Numbered from the stretch's first letter, positions 10,646 through 21,646 are shown. The stretch is DNA of 64,000 nt from an uncultured Candidatus Saccharibacteria bacterium (GCA_964507275.1 CAZDPG010000001.1:20958-84957); one strand, 5' to 3'. Numbers and translations are program-made. Notes: a model not told the origin generated them from the sequence alone.

Positions 10646-11677
10646 ATGCGCGTCATATTCCTTGCACCGCATCTTCGAGTATCAGGAGGAGTGCGTATTC
10701 TTCTGACTTACGCATCGATGCTTGCTGGGCGTAATCATGAGGTTGTGGTGTGTGTGTTGAGCAGTAACCCCATACGACGATTTATAGCGAATGTCTTCCA
10801 GATTGGGCGGCCGCGGTGGGTGCGTGCTTTTCAAGCACATGTTATGCGAGTACCAGCCATGACTGCGGCGCATATCCCGTCGGCAGATGTGATTGTGGCG
10901 ACAACGTGGCAGACAGCTCTCGCGCTCTCAGTATTTCCAGCATCACATGGACGTCAGTTCTATCTCGTTCAGCATGACGAAGGGCTTTATCACGGTGACA
11001 GAGAGAAGGTAAACCGTGCTCTTCGATTGCCTCAGAAAAAGGTTGTCGTCTCGACCTGGCTCAGAGAGATAGTAAAGGATTCCCATGGACAGGACGCATT
11101 TGTCCTTGTTAATCCAGTTGATACCAGTCTATTTCATACGGTACCACGTACCGCATCAACGGACACCGTGCGTATACTGCTCTTACACCACACATATCCA
11201 TGGAAAGGGACGGCAGAAGGCGCTGCCCTCATAGAGAGGATGAGAGAGCGACATCCAGAAGTTAGGTTCATATTATTCGGAGTTCGGTCTAAGGAGAACA
11301 TTCCTTACGCGTATGACGAATATTATTACGATTTGCCACAAGGAAGATTGGCATCATTATATTCAAACATCGATATCTATTTGTGCCCTTCTTGGGAAGA
11401 AGGATTCGGACTACCTTCAGTCGAGGCTATGCATTGCGGCGCTGCGCTCGTGACCTACGACAACGGTGGTTCGCGAGATTATGCTATTGATGGGGAAACA
11501 GCATTCGTCGCTCCTCATCGCGATAGGGAAGCTCTTGTGGCGAAACTCGAGATGGCTATTACCGATAGTGTGTCACGCAAACGCATCGCCGAGCAGGGAA
11601 AGATTTTCGTTCAGAATATGCCGACGTGGGAAGAACAGACTGAGCAATTTGAACGTATTCTTGCGGGGGGAACTTAA
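10646..11677 (+). CDS. Glycosyltransferase family 4
   Basis: SGGVR, ATTWQTA, EGFGLPSVEAM. Confidence 0.9.
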   Translation: MRVIFLAPHLRVSGGVRILLTYASMLAGRNHEVVVCVLSSNPIRRFIANVFQIGRPRWVRAFQAHVMRVPAMTAAHIPSADVIVATTWQTALALSVFPASHGRQFYLVQHDEGLYHGDREKVNRALRLPQKKVVVSTWLREIVKDSHGQDAFVLVNPVDTSLFHTVPRTASTDTVRILLLHHTYPWKGTAEGAALIERMRERHPEVRFILFGVRSKENIPYAYDEYYYDLPQGRLASLYSNIDIYLCPSWEEGFGLPSVEAMHCGAALVTYDNGGSRDYAIDGETAFVAPHRDREALVAKLEMAITDSVSRKRIAEQGKIFVQNMPTWEEQTEQFERILAGGT

Positions 11678-11679
11678 AT

Positions 11680-12546
11680 ATGCCCGCCGTATCCGTAATC
11701 ATCCCGACTCATAATCGTCCCGAGCTTCTGAAGCAGGCGATACTCTCTGTGCTGCGACAGACTTTTACGGATTTTGAAGTGATTGTGATTGATGATGGCG
11801 ACCGCGAGGCAGGGACTGAGACCGTTGTCAGTTCATTCAATGATTCGCGTATTCGATACATTGCCCAAGAGAATCCGCATAGCGGAGCACCCTCCGCGCG
11901 TAATCGTGGTGCGAAGGAATCATCCGCCGAGCTTCTTGCCTTTCTCGACGACGATGATGAATGGCTCCCGCATAAGCTTGAGCGACAGGTCAAGGGAATG
12001 AAGGAAGCATCTGCTGACATCTTTTTCTGCTTCTCCTCAGTTATTATGTCCTATGATGGCAAGGAATCGTTGAACTGTGTTGAAGATGGGATGGGTGATT
12101 TCGCAGAGAGAGCACTGCGACGTTTCAGCGGCACGATGACCAGTAGCATTGTAGTGCGTCGTGGAGCATTTCTTAGTGTGGGCGGATTTGACGAGGCTTT
12201 CCCGAGTCATCAGGAAGCAGAGTTCATGATACGGTTGGCAGAGCGCTATCAAGGGCTCGGAATCTCGGAGCCGCTCGTGCGCATGGGAGTATCTGCGCGT
12301 CGCGACCATATTGGTGGCGACCTTTCTCGACGCATTCGCGGACGAGAGATGCTTCTCAATAAGCATGCACTCCGTTATGCATCGCATCCGTATCTACTCG
12401 CACAACACCTCCTCTGGCTTGCATTCATGTATCGTGACGCAGGACGCATAAAAGAAGCTGTTGCCGCAGCGCAGCGGGCATGGGTACTTCATCGCCGCCC
12501 TTCATACCTTATTCGATACTTAATGCTCCGTTTCTTGCGCCGATAA
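11680..12546 (+). CDS. Glycosyltransferase family 2
   Basis: VSVIIPTHNR, VIDDG, ARNRG, FLDDDD, GGFDE. Confidence 0.92.
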   Translation: MPAVSVIIPTHNRPELLKQAILSVLRQTFTDFEVIVIDDGDREAGTETVVSSFNDSRIRYIAQENPHSGAPSARNRGAKESSAELLAFLDDDDEWLPHKLERQVKGMKEASADIFFCFSSVIMSYDGKESLNCVEDGMGDFAERALRRFSGTMTSSIVVRRGAFLSVGGFDEAFPSHQEAEFMIRLAERYQGLGISEPLVRMGVSARRDHIGGDLSRRIRGREMLLNKHALRYASHPYLLAQHLLWLAFMYRDAGRIKEAVAAAQRAWVLHRRPSYLIRYLMLRFLRR

Positions 12547-12559
12547 TGAATCGCGGTGT

Positions 12560-13321
12560 CTACGATTTCTTCCTGGCAATAAATAGCGGCTCGGTCAGAT
12601 TAAGTGCATAGTATTGAATCTCTTCAGGTGTGGCGATCGAAGTGGGAAGTGCTTCGCTAACTGCAAAACCGCTCTTTTCAAGGCGTGATTTGAAATCGGT
12701 ACCATATATCCGCACATGATCCGATTGCCCGAATATCCGTTCGCGGTCTGTCGGCGCGGTGACGCTCGGGTCCTCGAATGTTTCCGCAATCGTGGGAGAG
12801 AAGGGGACCGCTACTACAAGCACCCCTCCTGGCTTGAGGACTCGAAAGAACTCGCGCATTGCTTTCAAATCATCCGGGACATGTTCGAGAACGTGACTGC
12901 ACACGATTGTTTCGAATTCACTATCCCCAAAAGGTATGTTTTGAACGTCTGCCTTTATTTTTGCCCGTGAAGATTCTATATCGAGACTGAAATAATTATT
13001 AGCCCCGTATGCCTTCAAGAGGATTTCTTGGAGTTTGCGTTCGGGTGCAATATGAAGGATACGTCCTTGACCGAAACGGGAATGCTCGCGCGTAAGGAAA
13101 ATGTATATGAATCGTTCCCGGCTTGATGAATTGCATCGCGGGCATCGTACATTTTCGCGTCTTCCGGCACCGATTATCTTCATTTGTGCGAGAACTGGTA
13201 GATCAAATCCGGCTGCATAGAATCGACGTGCTCGCCAATGGCAGAGCGGGCACTTATATGAAAATCCGTACGTCTTGAGAAGTCCGTAAAAACGTCGGAG
13301 TCGTAGGAATAAAGAAGACAT
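12560..13321 (-). CDS. SAM-dependent methyltransferase type 11 with N-terminal Zn ribbon
   Basis: [39 protein letters not shown]. Confidence 0.85.
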   Translation of the reverse strand: MSSLFLRLRRFYGLLKTYGFSYKCPLCHWRARRFYAAGFDLPVLAQMKIIGAGRRENVRCPRCNSSSRERFIYIFLTREHSRFGQGRILHIAPERKLQEILLKAYGANNYFSLDIESSRAKIKADVQNIPFGDSEFETIVCSHVLEHVPDDLKAMREFFRVLKPGGVLVVAVPFSPTIAETFEDPSVTAPTDRERIFGQSDHVRIYGTDFKSRLEKSGFAVSEALPTSIATPEEIQYYALNLTEPLFIARKKS

Positions 13322-13334
13322 GATTAGTGTTGTA

Positions 13335-14600
13335 TCACAATGTTTGGTTTCGGTGAATCTGCGGTACTGAAGCTGTTGCGCGATAGAAGAAGTATCGCGT
13401 GACGAGGATAGCGATGATGTTCTGGGTCAGTATCGCCGCGACGGCACCCCAGCCGCCGAAGAGCGGGATGAGTACGGCGAGCAGGCAAATCTTAACGGCG
13501 GTATTTATAGTGTTGAGGGTATACATCGCTTTCGTCTGGCGCATCGTTATGAGCGCGATGCCATAGAATTTTTCCGAATAGAGAGCGGCGGAAAGCATGA
13601 GTACCTGCGCAAATGGGACGGCAGCGGAATAGTTGGGAAACAGGAGTTGATAGAGCCACGGGAGTGCGATGATTGCAGTCGCGATGAGCGGAATCAGGAG
13701 GAGAAGGGTCTGATGCGCGCGGCGCGGGACGGTGTAGCGGAGCTGGTCAGGCGTCTGTGTCGCGAATTTTTGTTGCACGAGGTTGAGTATGGTTTTTATT
13801 AGGGATTGGAACGGGCTCACGGTCGCGAGCGCGAAGGCATAGAGCGCGAGTGTCTGGGCCGTGGCAGTGTGCCAGAGGAGGAACATGTCGACGTTGCCGG
13901 CGATGATGCCGAGTACAGCGACGGCGCTCATATGCATTCCGAACCGGAGATTCTCTAGAGAGACGGTCGTATTCTCGATGAATTGGCGGCTGACGAGGAA
14001 CGTGATGAGTCGTCCGATAAGCGTCGCGCCGAGATACGCGCCGATAATCCATAGGGGATTTCTTGTGAGGACGATAGCTGCTATGACTGCGGTCGCGGAT
14101 AAGAGAGAGGTGAGTATTGTCTGTCGGGCAGCGACATCGAAGCGCTTTTTCCCGATGAGTACTGCCTGAGCCGCCGAGAGGCTTTCCATCACAGGAATCG
14201 CACATGCGGCAATGGTGAATGCCCACCCAAGCACGTTCTCGTGGTTGAAGAAATAGTATCCGCCCAGGCACAGTCCCCCTGCGGTGCTGAGGAGACCGAA
14301 GGAAAACTTCCGCCGCATTGCGGCCCATGCGGTGCCATCGGCATGCTGCGCGATGGCTTGCACCACAACCGTGTTCAGTCCGGAGAGCGTCGGTATGGAG
14401 AGAAGGGCGATGGTGGCGAGCACGTACTTGTAAGTGCCGTACGCGTCTTGGGGAAGATAGTTCGCGAAGGCATATGCCGTGGCGAGACCCATAAACGTGC
14501 CGAAAACCTGCCCGATACCAGTCCAACCGCCGCTTTTGATGAGATAGGATAGGTCGGTGTCGAGCCAACGGACGAACCATCGAGGAAACAATTTCTGCAT
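13335..14600 (-). CDS. Oligosaccharide flippase (Wzx-like)
   Basis: Many hydrophobic segments, YG.YKY and G.WGAVAA motifs; sits at the end of the glycan cluster. Confidence 0.85.
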   Translation of the reverse strand: MQKLFPRWFVRWLDTDLSYLIKSGGWTGIGQVFGTFMGLATAYAFANYLPQDAYGTYKYVLATIALLSIPTLSGLNTVVVQAIAQHADGTAWAAMRRKFSFGLLSTAGGLCLGGYYFFNHENVLGWAFTIAACAIPVMESLSAAQAVLIGKKRFDVAARQTILTSLLSATAVIAAIVLTRNPLWIIGAYLGATLIGRLITFLVSRQFIENTTVSLENLRFGMHMSAVAVLGIIAGNVDMFLLWHTATAQTLALYAFALATVSPFQSLIKTILNLVQQKFATQTPDQLRYTVPRRAHQTLLLLIPLIATAIIALPWLYQLLFPNYSAAVPFAQVLMLSAALYSEKFYGIALITMRQTKAMYTLNTINTAVKICLLAVLIPLFGGWGAVAAILTQNIIAILVTRYFFYRATASVPQIHRNQTL

Positions 14601-14703
14601 ATCCCTATCATAACGCGAGAAGGCGGGAGGAGTGTGCGTATGGCCAGTTTGAATTACGAGGTATACTAGGAGTATTACACAATAAGTACTTCGAGAAATC
14701 CAT

Positions 14704-15459
14704 ATGAAGAAATATACCTATGCCGCAGGAACGTTCGCACTCGCACTCCTCTTGGGTGGGGTGCCGTCTGCTGTGTTTGCAGAAGAAGGTGCCAGAGGAG
14801 ATGGCGACGCTGCCGTTCAGGCGCGTAGAGAGGGGCAGGGAGTAGAAGTTTCGGCAGTTACCGCCGTCCGCGTCGATGAGACCGAAGGCCGTGCGGAAGT
14901 GCGAATGAATGACGATGATGACACATGGGAAATCGATCTCGAGGATGACGACGATTCAGCATTCTCGCTTGATGATCTGAAGCAGAGGATCGAGAAGCGC
15001 AAGCACGAGCTCGACGATGAAGAAGCGAGCACGACGCCGGACTCGCGGAGGGACGCTATAAAGAACGCGAACCCGGTCCGTCTCGCCGTCCATTCGCTCC
15101 TTGCTTCCAAGGATCTTCTTGGTGGTATCGGGCAGCAGGTATCGGTAATCGCACGCGAGATGAATGACTCGGTCGCATCGACGACGGCCGCTGAAGCGAA
15201 AGCACAATCGCGCGGATTTCTCACACGCCTCTTCTTTGGTGGCGACCGTACTGCAGCGGATGTAATCGCCAAGGAGGTTGCCGAGAATAATCAACGCATC
15301 GCCGATCTCGAGGGTCTTCTCGGGGAAGCAGGGGTCGCGGCAGATGTACAGGTGACGCTTTCGGCACAGATAGATGCACTCAAGGATGCGCAGATGCGCC
15401 TTGAAGCGCTCGCACAGAGAGAACAGAAACTCTGGGGACTCTTCAGTTGGAGGTTCTAG
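14704..15459 (+). CDS. Exported hypothetical protein with acidic tract and coiled coil
   Basis: Signal peptide ending AVFA; DDDD-rich segment. Confidence 0.7.
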   Translation: MKKYTYAAGTFALALLLGGVPSAVFAEEGARGDGDAAVQARREGQGVEVSAVTAVRVDETEGRAEVRMNDDDDTWEIDLEDDDDSAFSLDDLKQRIEKRKHELDDEEASTTPDSRRDAIKNANPVRLAVHSLLASKDLLGGIGQQVSVIAREMNDSVASTTAAEAKAQSRGFLTRLFFGGDRTAADVIAKEVAENNQRIADLEGLLGEAGVAADVQVTLSAQIDALKDAQMRLEALAQREQKLWGLFSWRF

Positions 15460-15481
15460 TCAGGGAGCCTAGGCAGATCGA

Positions 15482-15510
15482 GAGAAACCCCGCGAGAAGC
15501 GGGGTTTCTC
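15482..15510 (+). terminator. Hairpin, likely terminator
   Basis: gagaaaccccgc-gagaa-gcggggtttctc just after stop at 15459. Confidence 0.6.
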
Positions 15511-15541
15511 ATTAGTGGCCTATGGTATAGTTCTCTCCATC

Positions 15542-17743
15542 ATGCAGAGCGAAGAGGCAGGGAAACGGCCCACTGATACCGCGCGACAGATAGCCCGCTT
15601 CGCGGCACTCGGGGCGCTTTTCCTCATCCCGCTTACGCCACTCATCGTCACGGGCTCGTTCTTCTTCCCCTTCATCACTGGCAAGGCGTTCTTCCTCCGT
15701 ATCCTCATCGAGATAGCCGTATGCGCGTGGGTAGTGCTCGCCCTACTTGATAGGGCCTACCGCCCGCGCCTTTCGATGATTGGTGCGGCGGTCGTCGCCT
15801 TCGTTCTCTGGATGTTCGTCGCCGATGCGTTCGCGCTAAATGCCGCGAAAGCATTCTGGAGTAACTTCGAACGCATGGAGGGGTGGGTTCTTCTCGCCCA
15901 TCTCCTCGGGTTCTTCTTTGCAGCGAGCTCTGTGTTGCGTGTCGAAAAGCGGTGGCGGGCATGGTTCCTCACGTCACTCGGCGTCTCTGCCGTCATAGCC
16001 GCCTATGCCTTCCTGCAGCTCGCTGGTGTATTTGCGATACACCAGGGTTCCACGCGCGCCGATGCTTCGCTCGGCAATTCCGCATATCTCGCGATCTATC
16101 TTCTCTTCAACGCGTGTGTCGCACTCTGGCTCGCGCTTACGGAAAAGCGAGTGTGGCTCACTTGGGCGCTCGGCATCCTTGCCGTACTCGAAGCAATACT
16201 CATTTTCTTCACCGAGACACGCGGCACGATCATAGCGCTCGTCCTCTCGCTCACGCTTGCGGCGGCTCTCACTGCTTTCACTGCAGGGAAGCGGGCACGG
16301 CAGGTAGCTATCGCCGTGCTGGCGCTTGTCATACTCCTTGCTGGCAGTTTCTACGTCGCGCGGAACTCCTCATTCGTGCAGGATAATCACGTGCTGCAGC
16401 GCATCGCCTCCATCTCGCTCGCGGATGGCCAGACGCGCTTCACGATCTGGGGCATGGCATTCGAGGGGGTTCGCGAGCGCCCGCTTATCGGGTGGGGACA
16501 GGAGGGGTTCAATTACATATTCAATAAGTACTATGATCCTTCGCTTCATAGCCAGGAGCCATGGTTCGATCGTGCACACAACGCATTCATCGATTGGCTC
16601 ACGGCTGGCGGCATCCCGGCGTTCCTCCTCTACCTCTCACTCTTCGGAACGGCGTTCCTCATGCTCTGGAGGAGTTCGGAACTCTCACGGCCGGAGCGTA
16701 TCGCGCTCACGGCGGCGCTTGTCGGATATGCCGTGCATAATCTCTTCGTCTTCGACAATCTCTCCTCCTATATATACTTCTTCGCATTACTCGCGCTTAT
16801 CGATTCGCAAGTTGCGCGGGAGGTGGGGCGGATGGAGGAGGCCCCGGTCATGTCTCCTGAGGATGGTGCGACCTATGCACTCCCCATTGCCGCTGCCGCC
16901 GCACTCACCCTCATCTGGTTGGTGAACGTCTCGGGCATGCGCGCCGCAAGTGGGCTCATCGAGGCGCTTTCGCCTGCTCCAGCTGGCATCAGCGCGAATG
17001 TCGCCGCGTTTGAGGCGATTGCCGCGCACCCGTCATTCGCCAAGCAGGAAGTGCGCGAACAGCTGGTGAGCTTCGCTTCGGCGATTGTCCAGAGCTCCTC
17101 TCAGGCGACCATGGATGAGAAACAACGCATCGTATCACTTGCCGTGAGAGAGATGCAGAAGCAGGTTGCAGCGTATCCGCTCGATGCACGTGAGCGTCTC
17201 CAGCTTTCCTATGCGTATCGCACCTCTGGAGACGGCGAGCTAGCGAAGCGAGAAATAGAGGCTGCAGCACGATTGTCTCCTCGGAAGGAGCAGATACTGA
17301 TTGAGAAGGGTTCGATCGAGTGGGATATGGGTGACCTGCAATCCGCTCGGGAAGATTTCAATGCTGCCTACGCGCTCGGGCCGCAATTCCTCGATCTTGC
17401 CGCATATGCGGCAGCCGGGAATATCGCGGCGGGCGATACTGCGGCATCCGATACAATCCTGCTCGCCGCATACGGCACGACGACGGTCGACAGCGATATT
17501 CTCGCTTTCGCGTACTATCAGGCCAAGAGCTGGCAGCGACTTATCGATATATGGAAACTGCGCACAACTCGCCCCGAGCGGGGGGCACAAGCATGGTTCG
17601 GTCTCGCTGCTGCGTACTATGCCGCTGGCGATTCGACGAGCGCGGTGAAGACAATCACCGAGGCGGTCAAGCGATACCCGGAAACGGCAGCGTCCGGTGC
17701 CTCAGCAATCACCCAGATACGTGAGGGTGCGGCTGGCAAATGA
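15542..17743 (+). CDS. O-antigen ligase/oligosaccharyltransferase family membrane protein with C-terminal TPRs
   Basis: FFPFITGK, ERMEG, TETRG, GWGQE, DRAHN motifs; multiple TMs; TATAGT at 15526 favours ATG 15542. Confidence 0.85.
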   Translation: MQSEEAGKRPTDTARQIARFAALGALFLIPLTPLIVTGSFFFPFITGKAFFLRILIEIAVCAWVVLALLDRAYRPRLSMIGAAVVAFVLWMFVADAFALNAAKAFWSNFERMEGWVLLAHLLGFFFAASSVLRVEKRWRAWFLTSLGVSAVIAAYAFLQLAGVFAIHQGSTRADASLGNSAYLAIYLLFNACVALWLALTEKRVWLTWALGILAVLEAILIFFTETRGTIIALVLSLTLAAALTAFTAGKRARQVAIAVLALVILLAGSFYVARNSSFVQDNHVLQRIASISLADGQTRFTIWGMAFEGVRERPLIGWGQEGFNYIFNKYYDPSLHSQEPWFDRAHNAFIDWLTAGGIPAFLLYLSLFGTAFLMLWRSSELSRPERIALTAALVGYAVHNLFVFDNLSSYIYFFALLALIDSQVAREVGRMEEAPVMSPEDGATYALPIAAAAALTLIWLVNVSGMRAASGLIEALSPAPAGISANVAAFEAIAAHPSFAKQEVREQLVSFASAIVQSSSQATMDEKQRIVSLAVREMQKQVAAYPLDARERLQLSYAYRTSGDGELAKREIEAAARLSPRKEQILIEKGSIEWDMGDLQSAREDFNAAYALGPQFLDLAAYAAAGNIAAGDTAASDTILLAAYGTTTVDSDILAFAYYQAKSWQRLIDIWKLRTTRPERGAQAWFGLAAAYYAAGDSTSAVKTITEAVKRYPETAASGASAITQIREGAAGK

Positions 17744-18756
17744 CACACGAGTTCAAGGAACAAGTCTCGCTCGCCTCATTCACGACATTTCATATCGGCG
17801 GTCCGGCGCGTCTCCTCGCCGAGATTCATACGGAAGAAGACCTGAAGACCTCGTTCGCGCTTGCGCGTGAACGCGGTCTTCCTCCGTTTGTGCTTGGTGC
17901 GGGGAGCAACGTGCTCGTGCCCGACGATGGCGTCGAGGGACTCGTCATTCGCATGCTCATCGACGGTATCTCATGTGAAGATCCCGAGCTGCTTGTCGCG
18001 GGCGCGGGCGCGCTCTGGGATGACGTGGTGGATGCCGCCGCCGCGCGAGAAATGTATGGCATCGAGAATCTTGCCGGCATCCCTGGTACACTCGGCGGCG
18101 CCGTCGTGCAGAACATCGGTGCGTACGGCGCGGAGCTGAAAGAGGTATTCGAATATGCCGACGCAATCGATAGTACGACCGGGGAGTCGCGGCGCATTCG
18201 GCGTGATGAAGCGACATTTGCATACCGCACGAGTCTATTCAAGGAACATCGGGAGCTCGTCATTACGAGAGTTGCGCTCCGGTTGAAGAGGCATTCCCTG
18301 CCGAACGTCGCGTACGCTGATCTTGCTCGTGCTCGGGAACTCGGCACGCCGCTTGCGACGCCGCACGAGATAGCACGTGCCGTGCGGAACATACGCGCTC
18401 TGAAATTTCCAGATAGCGCCCTTGAAGGGTCGGCAGGTTCGTTCTTTAAGAACCCGGTTATCTCGTCTGCACAGACAGAAGCGCTTCAGAAGCGCTTCCC
18501 GGGAGTACCGCTCTTCCTGCAGGGAGACGGACGGACGAAAGTATCGCTTGCGTGGCTCCTTGATCATGTGCTTTCGCTCAAGGGATATACAGAAGGCGCC
18601 GTGCGTTGCTACGAGAAGCAGCCGCTCGTCATCGTCGCTCGCTCCGGCGCGACCGCGCGCGAGGTGCACGCATTTGCGGATAGCATCGCTCTTCGCGTAC
18701 TCACTGAGGTCGGCATCGCGATTGAAAGGGAAGTGGAATCGTTTGGGACGAGATAA
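17740..18756 (+). CDS. murB: UDP-N-acetylenolpyruvoylglucosamine reductase
   Basis: TTFHIGGPA, LGAGSNVL, IPGTLGGAVVQNIGAYG, SAGSFFKNP. Confidence 0.95.
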   Translation: MTHEFKEQVSLASFTTFHIGGPARLLAEIHTEEDLKTSFALARERGLPPFVLGAGSNVLVPDDGVEGLVIRMLIDGISCEDPELLVAGAGALWDDVVDAAAAREMYGIENLAGIPGTLGGAVVQNIGAYGAELKEVFEYADAIDSTTGESRRIRRDEATFAYRTSLFKEHRELVITRVALRLKRHSLPNVAYADLARARELGTPLATPHEIARAVRNIRALKFPDSALEGSAGSFFKNPVISSAQTEALQKRFPGVPLFLQGDGRTKVSLAWLLDHVLSLKGYTEGAVRCYEKQPLVIVARSGATAREVHAFADSIALRVLTEVGIAIEREVESFGTR

Positions 18757-18792
18757 AATATTCTTACGAAAATTTTTTCGTAAGAATATTTT
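18755..18792. repeat. Perfect 18-bp-arm inverted repeat
   Basis: aaaatattcttacgaaaa-tt-ttttcgtaagaatatttt. Confidence 0.9.
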
Positions 18793-18938
18793 TTGAAAGT
18801 TATCCACACATGAAAATTTTTTCGCACACAAAATATTTTTTACGCGCAATAATATCTTGTAGAAACGTTTGTGCATGAAAATTTTTTCAAGCGCGAACGG
18901 GTCGACTTATAAGTCATCATTTCTAATTCACAACCACC

Positions 18939-19034
18939 ATGGCCGCAAAGAAAAGAAAGGCAGTGAAGAAGACTGCAAAGAAGGCAGTCAAGAAAGTCGC
19001 GAAGAAGCGCAAAGCCGCTAAGAAGCGTTCCTAG
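18939..19034 (+). CDS. 31-aa Lys/Ala-rich histone-H1-like peptide (absent from the ORF track)
   Basis: Hand translation MAAKKRKAVKKTAKKAVKKVAKKRKAAKKRS*; followed by a strong terminator. Confidence 0.8.
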   Translation: MAAKKRKAVKKTAKKAVKKVAKKRKAAKKRS

Positions 19035-19038
19035 TTTC

Positions 19039-19088
19039 AAAAAAGAAAGACACCGTTTGCCGAAAGGCGAGCGGTGTTTTTCTTTTTA
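19039..19088 (+). terminator. Intrinsic terminator, possibly bidirectional
   Basis: A-run, acaccgtttgcc-gaaa-ggcgagcggtgt, T-run. Confidence 0.85.
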
Positions 19089-19123
19089 GACTGAAATGAG
19101 TCGTCATGGTATAGTGCAGTGTC

Positions 19124-21646
19124 ATGTTCAGTCTCTCTTCGTTATTCTCAAAGAACCAATCCGCGGCCTTCTTGAAGGCCGCGGCACCGGTCGTCGTAAA
19201 GACGAATGGTTTTGCCGCCGAGCTCGTGGCTCTTTCGGATGATGAACTCAGAGTGCGCATCGCTGAGCTGCGCGCCCGCGCGACGGCTGCCGGCGCGACG
19301 GCGAAAGACGACATTCCGCTCGTGTTTGCCCTTGTACGAGAAGCCTCTCGCCGCACGCTTCGCCAGCCGCATTTCGATGTGCAGATGATGGGAGGTCTTG
19401 CGCTACTCGAAGGGAAGATCGCCGAGATGCGCACGGGTGAAGGAAAGACGCTCGTTGCGACTCTGCCGACGACCTTTCACGCGCTTTCCGGTCGCGGCGT
19501 GCATGTCGTTACGGTGAACGACTATCTTGCTCGTCGTGACGGTGCATGGATGGGACAGGTGTATGCCTTCCTCGGACTCTCAGTTGGCGTTGTGACGAGC
19601 ACGGGAGCATACCTCTATGACGCGTCGCATGTCGCTCAGGAGGAGGATGCCGAGCGCGATGCTGCGGGCTCGTTTAAAGTGTTCTACGACTATCTGCGCC
19701 CTGCGACGAAGAAGGAAGCGTATGCTTCCGACATCACCTATGTTACGAACAATGAGCTCGGTTTCGACTATTTGCGCGACAACACCGCCTATGACGCCGC
19801 ACAAATCATGCAGCGCGGGCACCACTATGCGGTCATCGACGAAGTGGACTCCATCCTTATCGACGAGGCGCGCACGCCGCTCATCATCAGCGGCCCGGCT
19901 GGTGATTCGCAGAAGCTCTACGAGCGTTTCTCGGGCATCGTCAGGTCGCTTGAGGAGGGCCGAGACTATACTATCGACGAGAAGCAGAAAGCAATTCAGC
20001 TCACGGAAGAGGGTATCCGCTCTGCCGAGGTCGCGCTTGATCTCGAGAACCTCTATGCCGAGGGTGGGATGAAATACGCGCACCACCTAGAGACGGCTGT
20101 GCGGGCGCAGGCGCTTTTCCATAAAGACAAGGATTACATCGTACGCGACAACGAGATCATCATCGTCGATGAGTTCACAGGACGGCTCCAGCCGGGACGT
20201 CGCTGGTCAGATGGCCTGCATCAGGCTATTGAGGCAAAGGAAGGAGTCCTGGTACGGGAAGAGACGCGGACCTACGCGACGGTCACGTTCCAGAATCTTT
20301 TCCGTATGTATGAGCGGCTCGCGGGTATGACCGGGACGGCGCTTTCTTCTGAGGAGGAATTTTATACGGTGTATGGGCTCGAGGTCGTCGTCGTGCCGAC
20401 CAATAAGTCGGTCGCGCGCAAGGATTTCGATGATCTCATCTTCCAGACTGCCGCAGGGAAGTACCGCGCGGTCGCCCGAGCAGTGAAGGAGCGGCACGAG
20501 AAAGGCCAGCCGGTTCTCGTTGGTACGGTTTCCATCGAAGACAATGAAATAGTCAGTCGCTACCTTTCTGAAGAGGGTGTGCCGCATGAGGTGTTGAATG
20601 CGAAGAATCACGAACGCGAGGGGGAGATTATCGCTGGTGCAGGCGAAGAGGGTCGCGTGACCGTGGCCACGAACCTTGCAGGACGCGGTGTCGATATTAA
20701 GCTCGGCGGTGCGTTCGCGGACGCCGAGTCGCGTGCAGCAGTCCTCGAGAGGGGCGGTCTCGCTGTCATCGGTACGGAGCGGCATGATGCCCGCCGTATT
20801 GATAACCAGCTACGTGGGCGATCCGGTCGTCAGGGCGATCCGGGTGAGACGCGTTTCTATGTGTCGCTTGAGGACAAACTGATGCGTGTCTTTGCCTCAG
20901 AGACCTTGAAAAAAGTGATGGGCCGTTTTGGTATTCCTGAGGATGAGCCGATAGAGAGTGCGATGATTACAAAGTCGCTTGAGACCGCACAGGGACGCAT
21001 CGAAGGGTTCAACTTCGACGCTCGAAAGCAGGTGCTTGCGTATGACGACGTGATGAATACGCAGCGCCTTGCTGTTTATGCGCGCCGCCGCGCCGCCCTC
21101 CAGGGGACGGATTCTGAGATGGAAGCACTCATCCGCGGTCTTCTCGAAGGATCTGATGACGCTCTTCAGGCGTTCGAGGCAAAGAAGGTTGAGTTCGGAG
21201 ATTCTTTCGTGCCGCACCTGCGCCGCCTCCTTCTGCAGGTCATAGACGTGTTCTGGCTCGAGCATCTTGAGACTATGGACTATCTTCGTCATTCGGTATC
21301 GCTCCGGGCATACGGTCAGCGTGACCCGCTTATCGAGTATCGTCGCGAAGGCCTCATTCGTTTCCGCGCACTTGAGGCAAATATCAAAGCATCGGTTACG
21401 GAGATGCTCCCGCGGCTCGAAGGAGGAGACGATGAACGCCGTCGACGCGAAGAGGAGGCGACGCGCGCGCAGTTGGTGGCCGCAGGGCGAGAAGAAGAAA
21501 GTTCTCCTTCGCCAGTTAAGAAAGCTATTGGATACGGGCGCAACGATATTGTCGTTATCAAGAAGGGCGATGAGACGAAAGAGCTTAAATATAAGAAAGC
21601 CGAACCATTTCTTGCAGAAGGCTGGGAGATTGTGAGCCGGGATTGA
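19124..21646 (+). CDS. secA: Preprotein translocase subunit SecA
   Basis: AEMRTGEGKTL, VTVNDYLA, IDEVDSILIDEARTPLIIS, DNQLRGRSGRQGDPG. Confidence 0.98.
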   Translation: MFSLSSLFSKNQSAAFLKAAAPVVVKTNGFAAELVALSDDELRVRIAELRARATAAGATAKDDIPLVFALVREASRRTLRQPHFDVQMMGGLALLEGKIAEMRTGEGKTLVATLPTTFHALSGRGVHVVTVNDYLARRDGAWMGQVYAFLGLSVGVVTSTGAYLYDASHVAQEEDAERDAAGSFKVFYDYLRPATKKEAYASDITYVTNNELGFDYLRDNTAYDAAQIMQRGHHYAVIDEVDSILIDEARTPLIISGPAGDSQKLYERFSGIVRSLEEGRDYTIDEKQKAIQLTEEGIRSAEVALDLENLYAEGGMKYAHHLETAVRAQALFHKDKDYIVRDNEIIIVDEFTGRLQPGRRWSDGLHQAIEAKEGVLVREETRTYATVTFQNLFRMYERLAGMTGTALSSEEEFYTVYGLEVVVVPTNKSVARKDFDDLIFQTAAGKYRAVARAVKERHEKGQPVLVGTVSIEDNEIVSRYLSEEGVPHEVLNAKNHEREGEIIAGAGEEGRVTVATNLAGRGVDIKLGGAFADAESRAAVLERGGLAVIGTERHDARRIDNQLRGRSGRQGDPGETRFYVSLEDKLMRVFASETLKKVMGRFGIPEDEPIESAMITKSLETAQGRIEGFNFDARKQVLAYDDVMNTQRLAVYARRRAALQGTDSEMEALIRGLLEGSDDALQAFEAKKVEFGDSFVPHLRRLLLQVIDVFWLEHLETMDYLRHSVSLRAYGQRDPLIEYRREGLIRFRALEANIKASVTEMLPRLEGGDDERRRREEEATRAQLVAAGREEESSPSPVKKAIGYGRNDIVVIKKGDETKELKYKKAEPFLAEGWEIVSRD

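Noticed and set aside
21530-21646. SecA C-terminus lacking the zinc-binding cysteines
   Set aside because: A Cys-less GRND tail is a known variant in several bacterial lineages
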